From the human T2T-CHM13v2.0 reference genome, Homo sapiens: a DNA stretch of 64,000 bases. This document shows, one piece after another, positions 38,721 to 52,739 of the stretch. Every line of letters starts with the position of its first letter. The stretch's first letter is position 1. The position numbers were made by a program, and so were the translations under genes. The notes under the pieces are model-generated. The model had not been told where the DNA came from and did not search any database. It was given only the letters and a program-made list of their open reading frames with translations. The stretch lies in the NCBI RefSeq assembly GCF_009914755.1, contig NC_060947.1. One strand, written 5' to 3'.

Positions 38721-40964
38721 AAATTTGAAACTCGAATGAAGACCACTAATCCTAGGATTATGGGAGCCAATCAAAGAGATTTATACAGAAGAAATTAATA
38801 ACTTCCTCATGTTTCTCTCCCATTTCAACCACTTGAACAAATATGATAGTTTGACATGAATTTTTCAGCATTCACTGAGTCTTTTGACATTTAATTTTTC
38901 AAAAATTATTCTGTTAGTAGTAAGAAGTAATCATCCTCTGCTCTCTATTGAAAAGGGCTTTGAAGAGTATATCTCTGAAGAAAAGGGAGTAACTAGTTGA
39001 CCCTTTGGGCATATGGCGCAAATGACTTGATTTCTCAGCAAATACCCTCAACGAAAACTTCTCCAATGTGACCTAAAAGTGTTGCACAGTCTGCTTCAGA
39101 ATTTTTGAAAATTTATACTGCTTTCCTCAGAGAGTATCCTGACAAGTGGTAAAGCATGAATTAATATTTTTATTTGTATATGATATTTATGTGACTTTTC
39201 TTTTTGCTGTAACACTGAGACAAAGAGGAGAAATTGCTCTGTTGTAACAGCTGATATGCAGTGTTACCACTCGCCACTCCTCACATCAGCCCAATTTTCC
39301 AAAACTGATGGACTGCATTATATAGTATTTCTAACAATAACCAAGAGCTAGGCAAGACATTTTCTGGTGAAAAATAACTTGAAATATCATTTCATAGTTA
39401 AAATATTATGATGCAGAAGAGAAAATATGCAATAATTTTCAAGATTAGGAACAGACTTGAAGAATCTTGACAGTTTGAACACGTGACTGATGATATTAGG
39501 TTGTTTTCATCAGTGGGCCCTGCCACCCACACCTCTGCTCCCAATCTTGGAGGTCTACTTTCCTTTGCTGTAGGGTACATTATGGGAAAGATGGAGAAGC
39601 AATGTTTTAAATCAACTCATCATTGGCCTGAAAATTGCTCCAACCTCCTCCTCTTTTCCTTCTATTTTTCCTTCCTATTCTTCCCTTCTCTGTTTCTGGA
39701 AAAAGAGTGACTCTACAGGTGAGGATTAAACTAAGGATCCTAACAATAGACCAGGTGAAAGGTGGGGATGAAGCTGTGGGTTCAGCTGACAGGAAAAGGA
39801 GGAGGATCCTATGCAGAGTGGCTCCAGAAAATTCCAACCAGCTGTCTGCTGACTATGGATACCTTATAAGTATAATTGATTGAGAGCTGCAGGCATACAT
39901 TACTGCCAGTCATTTTGACACAGGTCACCTCTCTATATAAACAAGGATACATTTCAGAATGACCTACTTTAAACAGCAACTATACAGCTACTAATAATAA
40001 TTTACATCTTGATACTTCTTTACAGCTTTCAAGCCCTCATCACATACAGAGGCAATGTGCAATGATCCAAAGTCTATTTACAAATCTGTGGGCTTTGCAG
40101 ACTATTTGCATTTCCCCATCTTTCTGCATCTCACTGCTTTTCAGCGCTGTGGAGAAAGAGGAGATCCCCCAGGGTCAAGTTTACTATATATTAGCAGCCA
40201 CCACAATGACGACAGTTGGAGGAGGTTTAACCAATAACCTCAGTGGCGATTGCGGGTTTGTGGACCCTCTTTGTGCATCCCTCTTATCATTTAACCATAA
40301 GAGGAGAAATAATTTCTAATATGTTTCTCCTTTATACCAGAGTCATATTAAAAGTGAGTCATTTCAAAAATCACCATGTTTCTAACTGTTCCAATCCCAG
40401 TCTCTGCTAGAACAGCAGATGTCCTAAGGAACAGTACATGTCTCAAAATTTCTGCTGTGTCGACCTCCAAATAGTGCCTCCGTTCTCTCTTGTTTTCACC
40501 TTCCATAATAGCTTTGTCACCCAAGCCTCTCCTACAGAGAAGTTCTAGAATTTTCACTCAGGTGTTGGCAGATACATCCACCCAAGAGAGGAATGAAGAA
40601 GAGACATGAAAGAAAGAAGAAACATGAAACCAGGTCAACTTGTGATGAGGATTGCATGTTCAATGTGAGAAGTAGTTTTTTATTTTGTCCATTATCCTTA
40701 GCAGGCAAGCATTTGTTTTTTCATTTTTTTTCCTGTTAATATTTTTTTAGGTTGAAGCAGGAGGAGGACTTGTAAGAACAGAATAAGGCTGTTTAGAAAT
40801 CTCAATTCTGTTGGCTGCTTCAAATGCACATCAACCTCAGGGTGGTTTGAACTCCTAATTCCATATGCTTTATAAAGATTACAAAGGTGAGCACTCTGTG
40901 AGACTTCAGAAACAGGGCCCAATTTTTATACATTTATGAAGTACAAAGAGGTTATAAATTAGCA

Positions 40965-41135
40965 CTAGATGCCTTCCTATTATCACAATCACTCTTGAAG
41001 TCAGTATTTTTTTGATCCCCAATTTGAAGACAAGAAAATCGTGGCTCAGAGAAGTACAGTAACTTGCTCTAAGTTCACAGCTGGCAAGTGCGGGATTCTG
41101 AAACAGATCTGTGACACTCCAAAGCCCAGATTTTA
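40965..41135 (-). mobile_element. MIR
   Basis: GGCTCAGAGAAGTACAGTAACTTGCTCTAAGTTCACAGCTGG...CTCCAAAGCCC. Confidence 0.75.
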
Positions 41136-42864
41136 CTTAGCAATTTTAGGAACCTGGCTTTCCATATGAGTGAAACAGCATTCCTAAATGTAGGATGTTG
41201 TCCACAAGTCTAAGATTAGACAGACATCTGGACGTCCTATCTCCCAGAACCACTGTGTAGAGCGGCATTGCAAAGTGGCCGATACCCTCTGCTTCCAAGG
41301 CCGGTAGACATAATTATTCACCCTACCTCGAGGCTCAGTCCTCACATGTCCTCCACAGGTACTGTGAAGAATCTGCTCAGGGATGGGTTCCTCTTTTGTG
41401 TTTCTCTCTTCTGGTCCTGCTTCTTGTGCTGCTTTAATTTAACACCTGATCCCCACTCCACCTTTGGCCCCTGCAGAATGCTCCATCTCACTCCTGCATC
41501 TAGATCTCAGCCTCCCAGCTCTTCAGAATCAACCTCTTGCCCGGCAATTGTCCAGCTTCAGTATTGGAGCACTCACTCCAGCTCAGTCTTGGACTCTGTT
41601 TAGGGATTGCCTAATCACACTCTATTTCACGTACCACATTCCCACACGTGTTACGTATTCTGTTTCATGTCTAATGCTTGAATTCAGAGCCACAGCCCCA
41701 GAACAATGGACCATATGTAGTCTTCACATTTTACATGTGAGTCTTCCACGCAGCCCTTCAGGCTTGCCTGGATTCCCTCCTCCAGTCTTGTCCTCTATGC
41801 TTTCCCAGCCAAACATGCAGTTCCGGATGCAGCTGCATCTAAAAGTGTAACCAGAGCAGCAAAACCGATCAGGCATGCGCATGCCAACTATGACATTCAA
41901 GCTTATGTGGGTGGTGGAGAAGGCTAGAGAGAGAGTTCTTGTTTCGACCCTTGTATACTCAAGATGGGAGATGCTGACTGGCCTTCCAAGTAGTTGGAGC
42001 ACATAGTGCTTCTTCAGCCTCACACAAGAGGCTTCATTCTCAAGAAACTCATTTGGAGTGCAGTGAGAGTTATCGCACACAGACATCTTCTAAGGACACA
42101 GAGTGAGGTAGGCTGGCGAGAGGTGATTTGGAAGGTAGCCTCTTGCAGTGAGTTTAAATTGTTCTCTAGACCAGCTGCATCTCTCTTCTTTTGAGGCTTC
42201 ACAGAAAATTGTCCCATGAAACCAGGAAGTAGGCCAATCCCAAACTATAATCGCAAAGAAGACAACCAGAGGAGACCTCTAACCCTGGAAGTCTTGGGCA
42301 GAGGATAGAGTTCTCTAAGAATGGGCAAAAACTGGCGGGACAAAGCAGCAAGGCCAAGCATAGAGGTGGGGTATGGGATGGCTTTTGTTCATTTATTGAG
42401 TGATTGATTGACAACAAAGAGCGTCAAGCAATGTAAAAATGAACAAGAAAATATGCAAGCACCCCATATGTGCAGGAAGTAGGCTGCCACGGTAGGGCAG
42501 AGGAGAAGGGTGTCCAGCAGTTCTGCAGCTGTAGCCCTTGGTCAGCTGAAGACAAATGCATATGAAATGGTCATGCAATTGTCCTGTGACATAGGAGTTC
42601 CCAAGCTGGAAATACTTTCTGCTTTCTCTGGGTACAAAGCTATGCTTCTGGGAAGAGTGCTGGTGAGGGATGTTCTTAGGAACCTACGTTAAAGGTGAGC
42701 TGCCCCATTGCCACTCTTTTTTTCCCCACATAGTATTTCTCCAAAGAGGCAGCATAAAATAATGAACTTTTCCACAAATATGAATGATAAGAGGAAGTCA
42801 TTTACATTCACATGAATCCACACATATCTATGGCAAAAAAAAAAAGTAGAGGGAACATTAACAA

Positions 42865-42887
42865 ACACACACACACACACACACACA
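42865..42887. repeat. (CA)n microsatellite
   Basis: Directly visible. Confidence 0.93.
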
Positions 42888-42919
42888 CCATCCCCACCCC
42901 ATGCCAACAAATCTCCTAG

Positions 42920-43110
42920 GCTCTGAAGTTATTTCTCATTCAAATCCAGCTACACTGGATGCCTTTTTATTCCTCAAACTCATGCTGCGTATCCCTGCCT
43001 TAGGGCATTGCCCAAATGACTATTCCTTCTTTCTGACATCCTGCAGGTCTCTGGGCAGCCTCCTTCAAGTGTTTGCTTAAATATCAACAAGATCAATCAA
43101 GATGGACTTT
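42920..43110 (+). mobile_element. L2 fragment
   Basis: CCAGCTACACTGG...TTCCTCAAAC...CCTGCCTTAGGGC...CTCCTTCAAG. Confidence 0.55.
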
Positions 43111-43339
43111 ATGAGGTTTGTCTGAACAACTGAGGGAAAGGAGCTATCGTTAACTGCAGTGTTGTTAAAAAAAAAAGGATGAATTTGGAGATGCATTATG
43201 ATGACTATGTATTTATAATGGGAAGGAGAACTGGAGAAGTGGAGCATTTCAAAGTCAAAATCGCAAAAATGAGGACTCCGATGTGCCCTTTGCACATTCA
43301 TGCTACATAAGGTACACCCATCTTTATTGTGCATAAATC

Positions 43340-43610
43340 AAGGGTGACAGATTTAAATGCTTACCTGCAGGAGCAAATCTAAGAAAACACCTAGGCATAA
43401 AGTGAATGATCACTGTACTGGGTATTTCACTCAGTGTCCACAAGATGATTTGGAGTCTATATATATGCAAGACCAGTATTACCAAATTCTTCCAGTTTCT
43501 CAGGAGAAGCTGAAAATTCATATTTTTAATGTAAAATATTCTTATTTTTAAAGGTTGGCAGGCAATTCAAGAATTTTTTAATATTGCAATCCAAACAAAA
43601 GATTATGTGT
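43340..43610. mobile_element. hAT-Charlie relic (Charlie4z/MER102-like)
   Basis: TTTTTAATGTAAAAT...TTTTAAAGGTTGGCAGGCAATTCAA...CCAAACAAAA. Confidence 0.4.
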
Positions 43611-44005
43611 TAAAGTTATATTTTTATATTCCAGTGCAGAAATAATTTAAGGTTTAGTTATATCATAGATAATATGATTTGCTGGAATTTAATAAACACT
43701 ATTCCAAAACTTTATTTCATAAAGTTGAAATAGAATTCTCACTGTCCAGAAACTTGTGGTCTTGTCCGTTGAAATTATTTTTGTTTTGTTTTTAATGCTC
43801 CTTGAGCTAGGTTGATTGGAATAATTTGTTGTTGCTAAGAAAATCTTATTTAATTTAATTTTGACTGACAAGGCTTTATTAAAAGTACCAGCATGTAGTC
43901 TTTTGACTTGTTTTCATTGGGGAGTGTGTCTTTGTGTATGTATTTGTGTGTATGTGTGCATGGTGGGTGCAGGGATGGACAGGATGGAAGGGAAGGAAAC
44001 ACCTG

Positions 44006-44367
44006 TGTCTCAGTCCTTTCAGGCTGCTCTAACAGAATACTATAGACTGGGTGACTTATAAACAACAGACATTTATTTCTTAGAGCTCTGGAGGCTGAGA
44101 GTCCAAGATCAAGGTGTGGCAGATTCAGCATCTGGTGAGAACCTGCTTCCTGGTTCATAGACAGCACCTTCCTGCTGTGTCTTCACATGATGGAAGGGAC
44201 GAGGGTGCTCTCTCTCTGTGGTCTTTTATACGGAAACTAATCCCATTCATGGGGCTCCACCCTCGTGACCTCATCACCTCCCAAAGGCTCCACCTAACAT
44301 CATCTGCATGGGGAGGTTAGAACTTCAACATACGAATGTTGAGGGGACCCAAACATTCAGCCCAACT
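44006..44367 (-). mobile_element. MLT1A0 solo LTR
   Basis: TGTCTCAGTCC...GGCTGCTCTAACAGAATAC...GTCCAAGATCAAGG...CAAACATTCAG. Confidence 0.9.
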
Positions 44368-44419
44368 TACTCAGTTCTCTCTCTCTCAGGTTATTACTAA
44401 GGAGACACTACACATCACC

Positions 44420-44950
44420 TCATTATACAGCCAGAATATTCACACAAGGGGGTTGTTCCCAGAAGAGTGCATATAACATGCCCCATTTACATGAGCAATG
44501 CATGATACACATACACATATGTCTCCTTGAATATACATTTATATTTCCAGAAAGCACTCGTAAGCTGCTAACAATTTCTGAGGAGGGTGGATCTAGATTA
44601 CTTTTGATTGTCTTGTTTTACTATTAGTTTTATTTGTTTATTTATTTATTTTAGAGACAGGCTCTCACTGCACCAGGCCGGAGTGCAGTGGTGTGATAAT
44701 AGGGGCAGCTTCGAACTCTTGGGCCCAGGCAATCGTCCCGCCTCAGCCTCCTGAGTAGCTGGGACTATGAGGTCTTTATATGTTGCCCAGGCTGATCTCA
44801 AATTCCTGGTCTCAAGCAGTCCTCCCACCTCAGCCTCCCAAAGTGCTGGGTTACAGATGTGAGCCACCATGCCCAGCCCCACTATTTTTTTTTAAGTATG
44901 TACATGTAAGGTTTTTTCCAATAAATCATAACTAATAAAAAAATTTAAAA
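44420..44950 (+). mobile_element. Degenerate L1ME 3' end, split by an Alu
   Basis: ATATAACATGCCCCATTTAC...; GTATGTACATG...AATAAA tail after the Alu. Confidence 0.45.
44628..44878 (-). mobile_element. AluJ with internal deletion
   Basis: TTTTAGAGACAGG...GAGTAGCTGGGACTA joined to ...CTCCCAAAGTGCTGGG...CCCAGCC. Confidence 0.9.
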
Positions 44951-45422
44951 ACCAGAATAAAATAAATAAATGGGAGGAGGGAAGGAAGCTGGGAGGCATC
45001 ATTAGAGTTGTGTTTTCTCTTGTGTTGATCCCCAGCTGTGCGGGTCCCTTATACTTCAATCATCAAAAGTCAGAAAGCATGAAAGCTCCCAAGAGGGTTA
45101 TTTATGTCCACAGCACTTTCACAGCGTGTGAGTGAGGAGGCGTCTGCCAGGTAAGCACACTGCTGGGTAATAAGTATCGCCGAGCAACAACGGTCTTGCA
45201 GAAATTGTCCAGGGAATAGATTTACATGGAAATAGAATTAGATGTGTCCATGGGAGACTGCTGGGGAAAGGCACATGTATGCAATAATATGCAAATGTGG
45301 CTCTAAAACTCTCAATTTGGGCAGATTTTCATTGGACTGACAAGCTCTTCTATGTTGTCTGAGGTTGTTTCAATTGTGGGTTAAGGCCATCTTCCCCTGA
45401 ACTGTTCAGAAGCACCTCCTCA

Positions 45423-45503
45423 GTGGTCACCTCTAGGGTCCCTAAGCAATGATCACCTGTAGAGTCCCTGAATGATGATCACTTGTAGGGTCCCTGAACA
45501 ATG
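45423..45503. repeat. About 26-bp minisatellite, 3 copies (ATGATCACCTGTAGGGTCCCTGAACA-like)
   Basis: Directly visible tandem units without spacers. Confidence 0.85.
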
Positions 45504-46130
45504 CCCACCTAGGAGAAACGTCATCTGCCATTGGGTGGATCCCCAATCACACAACCATAAATTACCAGGGATGGCTAATTTAAGCACACACATCTTTCCC
45601 TTCTCCAAGGATTATCTTTTCAAGCTACCTAAGAAGCCTTTTTCTGCAGTCTGATTGCCCCTGGCTGGGCGCTACTCAATGCTTTATGAGGTGGACCTCT
45701 GGACACATGAGGCACCTAGAGATCATTTAAGAACCTGATTGCATTGGGAAATGCATTTGCTGCTTACAGCAGCACATTACAAATACTCTTGGTCAAAACA
45801 GAACAAATCGTGAATAGAAAACTCAGGCAAATACTCGAGGAGATCATGAGCTCTCCAGGAATGTTTGTGTTTTCCTTCTTTGCTCATAGCTCAGGGGAAT
45901 GAGACTGGATCCTGGGTGCCACTGCCTTGAAAATGGAAATGGTTGAAGCATCTCTATCCACAGCCAACCCATCATTCTTCCAGCCGGCCTGTCCAATTGG
46001 GAACTCGGACATCCCTGTCAGTTGAAAGCAGTGCTTTAAATCAGCCCTCCCTTCTCAAAGAGTGCAATGTAAACATTCTCAGGCGAAAAGCTAGTCCTAG
46101 AGATGAAGTGCTGATCAACAGCCCACGACA

Positions 46131-46256
46131 AGCCTGGCACAGTGGCTGATGCCTGTAATTCCAGCACTTTAGGGGGCCAAGGAAGGAGGATTGCTTGAGC
46201 CTAGGAGTTCAAGGCCAGCCTGGGCAACATAGTAAGACCCCATGTCCACAAAAAAA
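46131..46256 (+). mobile_element. FLAM_C/AluJ left monomer
   Basis: AGCCTGGCACAGTGGCTGATGCCTGTAAT...GGAGGATTGCTTGAGCCTAGGAGTTC... Confidence 0.9.
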
Positions 46257-46325
46257 GAAAGAAAGAAAGAGGGAGGGAGAGAGAAAAGAAGGAAGGAAGG
46301 AGGGAAGGAAGGAAGGAGAAAAGAA

Positions 46326-46389
<64 letters not shown>

Positions 46390-46401
46390 GAAAGAGAGAA
46401 A
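46257..46401. repeat. (GGAA)n/(GAAA)n tract grown from the Alu tail
   Basis: Directly visible. Confidence 0.95.
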
Positions 46402-46909
46402 GGATGGCATCCATCAGGATAGCGGGGTATCCAGGCCACTGCTCTTGGGTTCTAAATGACTTCAGCATGAGTGACTGGGGCAATTTAGGATCCTTGAATT
46501 CTATCTCCTACCATTTGACTTAAAGATAATGACACTTAACTACTTAATCTTTCCTTTCAAGTCACTCTGAAAGCAACTACAGCACTTAGTGTATCTTTCC
46601 TCTACCAAATTATTCTCCATTATGTAACCCATGTCTGTTCTCCTCCTAAACTTGGGATAGCGCGTGTTATCAAAATCCACTGGACCTTGCAGGGTGAGCT
46701 CTCCCAGCTGAGCAACTGCCAGTGTCATAGCGGTGATGGTGGTGTGTCTACAGAATAATTCTTCTCATTGCAATGGAGCAGAAAGAGGAGTCTGTCAGGA
46801 TTTTCCACTGTGTTGTACTCTGCTCACATTTAGACAAAACCCACGGTAGAATCTGCATAGCCAGAGTCTCAATGATTTTGGATCCTTTTGACATATATTT
46901 AAGACAGAA

Positions 46910-46910
46910 T

Positions 46911-46954
<44 letters not shown>
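46910..46954. repeat. (CA)n(TA)n compound microsatellite at the Alu tail
   Basis: Directly visible. Confidence 0.95.
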
Positions 46955-47260
<306 letters not shown>

Positions 47261-48011
47261 CAGAATATAGCTTTTGAAAACACACAACGACATTGGCTAC
47301 CATAGGCAATGATGTCCACATGCAAAATTGACCTCTAAAAAGATCTTTGGTTGTGGATATCAGTGCTTAATAAACAAGGTTTTTATAACCCAAAACTCCT
47401 CAGTCCTCTCATCCAAAGAAAGTATTTGAATATACCCAAAACAATGTGCCTATAATATGACCGCAATCTGTTTCCTGCTACAAGTAAATGCACCTTTAAA
47501 TGTATAACTATGTCTTTCATTGGTTAACATTTCCCTACATTGATAAATACTACATTTCAAATTATATGCATTTTTAGGACTTTGTTGTCCATTCCTCAAT
47601 TGAAAATATTTCATTTCCTCACTAAGGATGCAATGCTAATAAAAATGGCCAAGAGCTAAAATATATAAACATCAGTAATTAGTTTTTTCAAGGAAAAATC
47701 AATGTGCAAACCCATGTTACAAAGCAATGATTTGATTTTAATAAAGTTAATGGCTATGTAAGCAACCATATCATATTGTTTAGGATGAAATACTTCGTGT
47801 GGACAAAGAATTGGAGTACTTTAAAGAGCAACCGGTGACTGCTGTTTGGCCATCACTTTTGAGGACTGGAGTGACCTGACCTTACATAGAATGTGGAGAT
47901 CTCAGAAACTCCCCACCAGGTCTCCTATTCATCACTCCACTGGGTTAACCACTTTCTTCAAAAGTCCCTGATAATGGGGAACCCTCTTTTGCATTGAACT
48001 TTAGCAGTACG

Positions 48012-49538
48012 AGTATTCCAAATCCCAGTGTTAATTTCAGATAAAACCAAAGTCCCTCTGCTTGTCTGCTGTATAAGCCAGGAGGTGCACAGTGGAGCCA
48101 CCTGTTTAAGCTGTAAACTCATTTTCCAGGACAGAAAGGTAGGCTGCTCTCAGCTGTGCACGAAGGGACCAGGAGGAGGGTTGGGGAAATAGCATGGAAG
48201 CTGTCCACTCTTGAGAGTTGGAATATTATATCACTGCCATTGTACAGAATTGCCAGTGCATGATGATAATATAAAGAAGATGGACTTTGAGTCTGTTTCG
48301 TCATTGTGTTTAGTTCTCCAGAGCTCCTTCTCATGGCGCTCCAGCCTGATTATGATCTTCCCTCCTACGGGCACTACTTTAGTGCCTGCGCCCTGGGGGC
48401 TCACTCCCACTACCGCCCAGCCCTACACATCGGCAGCTCCCACCCAGGCATGCCACATCATTGCTACATGATGGGTATCACTGCACATGGTGGGAATCAC
48501 TGCTGGCATTTTAAAGTGAAGACATTGAGTCTCACAGCAGCTAGACGACTTACTTGAGAGTTCTAGGAACTGGAGGTCAAGTGTTTTAAGTCAATCACAC
48601 TCAGTTCACCACACCAGATTTTTCTGTATTCTGATAAAGTATTCTGGTAATCTATGTTCTTGACTGTTTCAACAGCAGAGTATTTTTGTCATGTAAAATA
48701 GTATCCAGAATCCCAATGTTCATTTCAATTCAAAACCAAAGTCCCTCTGTTGTATGACTTGGAGGACCCCACAGAAGCCTTGAGAAAAGGATTTTGGTTG
48801 GACACTGGGGAATGGGGCTCCAGAGATCATCCAGGGCATGCTGAGAAACCACAGACCAGGATTCTGGGCAGTCAAAAACTCCAAGAAGGGATTAAGATAT
48901 TTGGCAACAAAACAGAGGCTGAGTCTGGCAGGCAAGCATACTAGCCTTGGCTTTATTTGCAACTTTGACTCATTTCAGGCCTATATTGGGAAATGATTCT
49001 ATTTCCAAAGAGAGCTGGACTTTATTCTCTCAGTTGAGTACTCCCTTCGGGCCAATTCCAAACTTTCTTCATAAAATGTGCTTACATTTCCCTGCCTTTG
49101 AATTTCTATGGCCAGAGTTGGCCTTTCTATGAAACTAGGAAGGGAAAAATAATTTTCAAGCCCAAGTTAAATTCTCGTGTGTTTGACCCTATAACTATTG
49201 TCCCTGGAAATTTTAGCTTAACCTTAGGACATTGGCAAGCCCCTATGTTACTAATATACGGGTTTCTCCCTGGGATTGTGAGGGAGTTCTCGGAAGCCAG
49301 AGAGAGCTTGAACTCTCTCCAAGTCTTCCCTGTTGCCTCACACTGTGGCCTTTTTTAATCTCTCCATCTTTGTTCCTACAGTACAGACAGAATTGCTTTT
49401 GCTGCCCAGCTGTCGGTTTCTGTGGTTCTCTGTTGCAGCTGTCCACTGCATAAGTTAGGAGGTGCTTTGGCTTGCGCAGTGGAGCCAGCTGTCCAAGCTG
49501 TAAACTCATTTCCCAGGACAGAAAGGTAGACTACTCTC
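48012..49538 (+). repeat. Local direct duplication: 48012-48151 matches 48700-48751 plus 49439-49538
   Basis: AAAACCAAAGTCCCTCTG and AAGCTGTAAACTCATTTYCCAGGACAGAAAGGTAG each occur twice. Confidence 0.9.
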
Positions 49539-50499
49539 TTCTTCAACAAGTAGGATGCGTTTACCAGATCCAGAGATTTGTGCAAGTCGTTCTGTCCACC
49601 CAGGAAGGGCATAGACGGTGAAAATAAATGAAATTGCCAATCTTTTCAAATCCTCTGGAATTGCAACTCCTCTGGGAAATTAGAAATCTCTTCCCAGTCA
49701 TTCTTCTTGTATTATATAAATCTACGGATGCTCTTGCAGGAAGGACTTCCCTGGGAAACATTGGTGGAATGTTACCTTTGCTGTAGCTTTCTGGCTTTGT
49801 CAAAATAGGTACCTTGGAGTTTTTTTTCCAGTTTTTATCGTCACAAGATTTTTTAAATGAACTAAATGTTGGACAATTGAGATAATCCCTTTTTTGGAAT
49901 TTCTTTCATTTTGGAATCCACAGATACTGGCACGTTATCATTACTCATCAGCATAAGGCAACTCACAGTTGTGTGTGTTGGGCTTCTTACTCTTTTTCCA
50001 CTCAACACTGTGCTTTCTGGATCTATCCATGATGCATACATAGTGTGTGGCTGCTGACTGCAGGATACTGCTTCCAAGCGTGCATGTATGTGTGTTCTCT
50101 TTTGTTTACATTCTGCCTCCTGTTAGCCTTTAAAGCAGACATCCTAACGTATACTTGTTGAACATGTTCATTTAAAATGTATATCATGGTTTTCAGCTCT
50201 AGATGCACGTCTACATAATATATTTTTGTTGTATGTGTTCTTGTATAATGGGTAAAGTTGTTCTGTGTAATAGATTACATTCTGCTTCTCACTCCTTTTT
50301 CAGTCAACCCTACACTTTCTGGATCTATCCATGATGCACACACAGTGCACACACATAGCAAGTGGCTTCTGACTGCAGGATAATGTTTCCAAGCATTCTG
50401 CACATCCCCACTCCCAATGATGTCTCCAGTTCCCAGCCAGAGCACACACCACCGCGGTGAATCCTCTTGTATGTGTGTCTCCTAGTGGACCTGTTGTAA

Positions 50500-51039
<540 letters not shown>

Positions 51040-51465
51040 CTATTTCAATCATATTTTTGTCATTTTCATAGAAATTTATTCTTAAATACAAATTTTAGAT
51101 TAGGTCCATCAAGTTTCTAAAAGAAATCCAACTGAAATACTGAATTTACAGATTAGAAGAATTAACATCTCTGTATTAAAATTGCCCCACCTCAGGAAAA
51201 AAAAAATATCTACCTTGTATGTCCTTAATAAGATCTTTATGTGTTTCTCCATAGACATTATACATAAAGATACTTGAAAGATTTTGTTGCTTCTGTGAAT
51301 GGTACCATGTTTCGCTATATAGCCAAATTCCTGGTGTACAGAATTGTTTCTGTTTTTTGTAAGCATACATTGCTTCCAGTAACCTTGTTGAACTCTTTCT
51401 CATTATAATATTTTGCCTATTGATTTAGTTGGGTTTTGTGGGTAAAAGATTGTTTCATCTGAAAT

Positions 51466-51545
51466 TAGGTAGTACAAGAAGTCCTATACCTTACTATAAA
51501 GAAAGTAAAAGAAATCAGAAGTGTAAAGATCAAGCTACTTTGGCA
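51466..51545 (+). repeat. 80-bp direct repeat, copy 1
   Basis: 78/80 identical to 53447-53526. Confidence 0.95.
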
Positions 51546-52739
51546 TATGCTGTGAGTTTGCAACGCATATTGTTAGCTGGTTATAGAGGTCTATCTAACT
51601 ATAATGTCTCAAGCTTAATCATTATATCATTCAGAACTTTTACAATGTTGCTTTTTTATCAGTTTGATATAACCATTTCCTAGAGGAATGTTACCTTCTC
51701 AAACAACTATTGTTCATAAATCTATTTCTCCTTGAATATATGCTCACAATGATTGAGTCTTCTTATAGTATTTTTCCTTCTATAATATCATATTTTTGTG
51801 CCTTTTAATACTTATGTCTTGAATTCTATTGTGTCAGAGTTTAATTTTGTGACTCCTGCATTCATTGGTTCATAATTGACACTCTCCTATTTTCATGCTT
51901 TCTCTATCTTTTGATAAACATACTTCTTACCAGAACAGCAAACATTGTTGAATCTTATTTTGTGATTCAGTCACTTAACCTCCATCTTTTAATTGATGAC
52001 TATAGCATATTCAAATTTTCATATTGATTTGTTTCTTCCATCTTATTTCATGTTTGCCATTTGCTATACTTTACGTTTGTTTTTATTTTTCTTTCCTGCT
52101 TTCTATTAGACAGATGAAGGGGTTTTTCCCTCCTCCTGCTGATTTAAATATAATACATTTTTCTTCTGTTCATGGCCATCCTTTATTAAGATCTATATTT
52201 ACTTTGATTTCTTAAATTATTTAGAATCTAGATCTTTCTTCTATCAAGACACACATTTGAGTAAGTTATCATATCTTTTTGATCTCCCCACTGTGTTGCC
52301 CACTGTTTGGTATTGCCTAGAATTTGAGTTCTGATTTGTTGAGATACACTGTGCCTGTTTCTTTCTTTTCTTACCCTGGTTTTTGTTAGACAATAATTAA
52401 TGTACCTAACATAGATTACTACCTTTCTTCTATATTTGGTACAACCTTCTCTTGAAGTTGAGCTCTTCTTCCCAGCCTATTTTGAAAGTGGATTTTTGTC
52501 TGGAAAACCTTTTGAAGACTGTCAAGCCTGAAAATATTTTTATTACACTCTCCCATTTAAGTGACGATTTGGCTGGATACACAGTCTTTAGGTTCAAAGT
52601 GATTTTAAAATATTACCCTGGCTTAGCATTCATGTTGAGAATTATGTTACCCATTTGATTCTTGTTTTTTGGAAGTCTGCTGCTTTCTCCCTAGACCTTC
52701 TGAAATTCCCTTTGTTTTGGCATTTTTGATTTTCACTCT

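Noticed and set aside
45423-45503. CRISPR-like repeated 26-mer
   Set aside because: Units are contiguous with no unique spacers, no cas genes, primate context; a minisatellite
46169-46523. Several Lys/Glu/Arg-rich or Phe/Leu/Ser-rich ORFs
   Set aside because: Translation of (GAAA)n/(GGAA)n tracts
48300-48480. GC-rich patch that looks like a coding exon or processed pseudogene
   Set aside because: No recognisable protein in any frame and no convincing flanking splice pair or poly(A)/TSD
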